This document shows, piece by piece, positions 31,839 through 32,000 of a stretch of DNA of 32,000 nucleotides (position 1 is its first letter; every line of letters begins with the position of its first letter). Source of the DNA: Candidatus Omnitrophota bacterium (GTDB lineage: Bacteria; Omnitrophota; Gorgyraeia; Zapsychrales; JANLHA01); assembly GCA_963662715.1 (NCBI GenBank), contig OY759724.1, positions 1,980,001 to 2,012,000 on the forward strand, given 5' to 3'. The position numbers and the translations under genes are program-made. A model generated the notes under the pieces. The model worked only from the letters and a program-made list of their open reading frames with translations. It searched no databases and was not told the origin of the DNA.

Positions 31839-32000
31839 ATGGATAAAGATTTTTTTACTCAACATATTCATCCCGGTGAGAAAGTGGGAATGATTAACCT
31901 GGGATGTGCCCGCAATCTGGTTGATGCTCAGGAGATTTTAGGACGGCTGCAGGAGGAAGGCCGCCTTGTCGTCAGCCCTTCAGACGCGTCGGTGATTATT
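31839..32000 (+). CDS. rimO: Ribosomal protein S12 methylthiotransferase RimO, N-terminal 54 codons (runs off the window)
   Basis: This ORF is not in the supplied track. My translation is MDKDFFTQHIHPGEKVGMINLGCARNLVDAQEILGRLQEEGRLVVSPSDASVII. The LGCxxNxVDxE...L...G...V....DA.vii(VNTC) pattern matches the RimO/MiaB N-terminal domain. Confidence 0.7.
   Translation, partial: MDKDFFTQHIHPGEKVGMINLGCARNLVDAQEILGRLQEEGRLVVSPSDASVII

Noticed and set aside
1-32000. Search for CRISPR arrays, tRNA/rRNA genes, transposases, integrases, phage genes and toxin-antitoxin or defence-system signatures
   Set aside because: I saw no regularly spaced direct repeats, no cloverleaf-compatible conserved tRNA boxes in the intergenic gaps, and no DDE/tyrosine-recombinase or defence-type motifs in any ORF. 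The only tandem repeats are the intragenic Cys-module and TP repeats.

Overview
All calls come from reading the ORF translations and DNA by eye; no searches were run. The window looks like an uncultivated diderm bacterium, with moderate-GC coding DNA and very AT-rich intergenic spacers. I saw no rRNA, tRNA, CRISPR array, transposase or integrase. Layout: (1) 2-889 is the 3' end of an outer-membrane beta-barrel gene with a strong terminator. (2) 1263-4129 is a four-gene operon built around a ParA/MinD ATPase fused to a glycogen-binding CBM48 (AMPK-beta type) domain. (3) 4496-19889 is a roughly 15 kb glycosylation island with a UbiA-family decaprenyl-phosphate phosphoribosyltransferase-like gene, two GT2 polyprenyl-phosphate sugar synthase-like genes, a membrane-anchored SGNH hydrolase, a UDP-galactopyranose-mutase-like flavoenzyme, an extended-SDR epimerase (minus strand) and five large polytopic GT-C-like membrane proteins, one of them DUF2298. 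(4) 20483-22355 holds two genes with archaeal/Flp-type class III (prepilin-like) N-termini. The second is a 437-aa chimera of pilin-like helix, about 300 aa of tandem Cys-rich PCCGDGxC modules, a thrombospondin-type-1-like module and a 77-aa Thr-Pro tail. (5) 22637-25807 holds a membrane-embedded spermidine-synthase-like protein and small proteins. (6) 25948-32000 is housekeeping: rpsO-pnp, ftsK, rodZ-like and the start of rimO. My best candidate for an undescribed system is the lipid-carrier/GT-C island together with the adjacent Thr/Pro-tailed, TSR-containing pilin-like protein as its probable substrate. The ParA-CBM48 operon, a possible polyglucan-granule positioning system, is second.
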